DNA of 64,000 nucleotides from an uncultured Wolbachia sp. (GTDB lineage Bacteria; Pseudomonadota; Alphaproteobacteria; Rickettsiales; Anaplasmataceae): NCBI GenBank assembly GCA_902636535.1, contig CACPSE010000001.1, positions 2,375 to 66,374 of the forward strand, read 5' to 3'. Shown piece by piece: positions 63,664 to 64,000 of this stretch (position 1 is its first letter; each line of letters starts with the position of its first letter). The notes under the pieces were generated by a model. It saw only the letters and a program-made list of their open reading frames with translations, ran no database searches and was not told where the DNA came from. The position numbers and the translations under genes were made by a program.

Positions 63664-64000
63664 CTAATTACTTAATCTTTCACTCAAAATTGAATTCACG
63701 ACATCGGGGCTGGCTTTCCCCTTGGTAAGTTTCATGACTTCGCCGACAAAGAATCCGTATAACTTTGTTTTACCGCTTTTGTATTCTTGAACTTTATCTT
63801 GGTTGTTATTGATGATTGTGTCGATAACTTCTGCTATTTGACCTCTACCGGTTATTTGTTTTAGGTCCTGCTCTTCTATAATTAGAGATGCAGGTTTGCC
63901 AGTTTCAAACATACTATCGAATACTTGTTTGCCAAGTTTAGCAGAGATCGTTCCATCAACGATAAAATCTAAGAGTTCGGACAAAGCATTTGCTTTGATT
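63664..64000 (-). CDS. gatB: Asp/Glu-tRNA amidotransferase subunit B, C-terminal part (gene continues beyond the window)
   Basis: YKSGKTKLYGFFVGEVMKLTKGKASPDVVNSIL is the GatB/YqeY C-terminal domain signature. The frame stays open to the window edge. Confidence 0.85.
   Translation of the reverse strand, partial: IKANALSELLDFIVDGTISAKLGKQVFDSMFETGKPASLIIEEQDLKQITGRGQIAEVIDTIINNNQDKVQEYKSGKTKLYGFFVGEVMKLTKGKASPDVVNSILSERLSN

Noticed and set aside
1-64000. Looked for prophage modules (capsid, tail, terminase), cif-like operons, CRISPR-cas and toxin-antitoxin pairs
   Set aside because: I did not recognise any of these in the ORF translations. The mobile DNA present is limited to IS remnants and short palindromic elements.

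Overview
The window is visibly AT-rich and gene-dense. It reads as a chromosomal segment of a Wolbachia-type Rickettsiales (Anaplasmataceae) genome. Supporting signs are a class I lysyl-tRNA synthetase, a split type IV secretion locus (virB3-virB4 followed by four giant virB6 paralogs), a circularly permuted two-piece tmRNA gene with an alphaproteobacterial tag (ANDNFAAEDNVAIAA), ankyrin-repeat and coiled-coil orphan proteins, degraded IS elements and short palindromic repeat elements.

About 40 housekeeping genes are recognisable by motif: lysK, murD, pstB, dapB, maf, infA, purA, ccmC, rpmJ, ftsB, prfA, engB, argB, fabI, secD, hemC, murB, pyrE, typA, tatA, cysS, a gatB fragment and others. 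Two small genes fall below the 60-aa cutoff of the ORF track and were found by eye: rpmJ (36092-36220) and tatA (55662-55829). The tmRNA gene was also found by eye.

Four IS remnants are present:
- an IS3-type end at 1-448
- a solo IS3 end at about 23793
- an IS256-type transposase remnant at about 24830-25238
- an internally deleted IS481-type element with perfect 29-bp terminal inverted repeats at 54545-55512

The best candidate for an undescribed system is the 974-aa single-gene NLR-like STAND protein at 60619-63543. It combines a PD-(D/E)xK-like N-terminal domain, an NB-ARC ATPase with all core motifs, and about seven ankyrin repeats.

Other items worth a second look:
- an RF1 gene whose universal GGQ motif reads GGK
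- an 834-aa coiled-coil protein with 33-nt tandem repeats and an SV40-like PRKKRKL motif
- an HExxH protein with an acidic tail
- a protein with a hairpin transmembrane domain and an alpha/beta-hydrolase-like domain
- lipoboxes and a CxxCxxCxxC cluster in the VirB6 paralogs
- an ssrA-sspB gene pair
- a divergent AAC(6')-Ib-like GNAT and MFS efflux pair
- tandem exoD paralogs

All calls rest on reading the sequence and on remembered family motifs. No database search was run.
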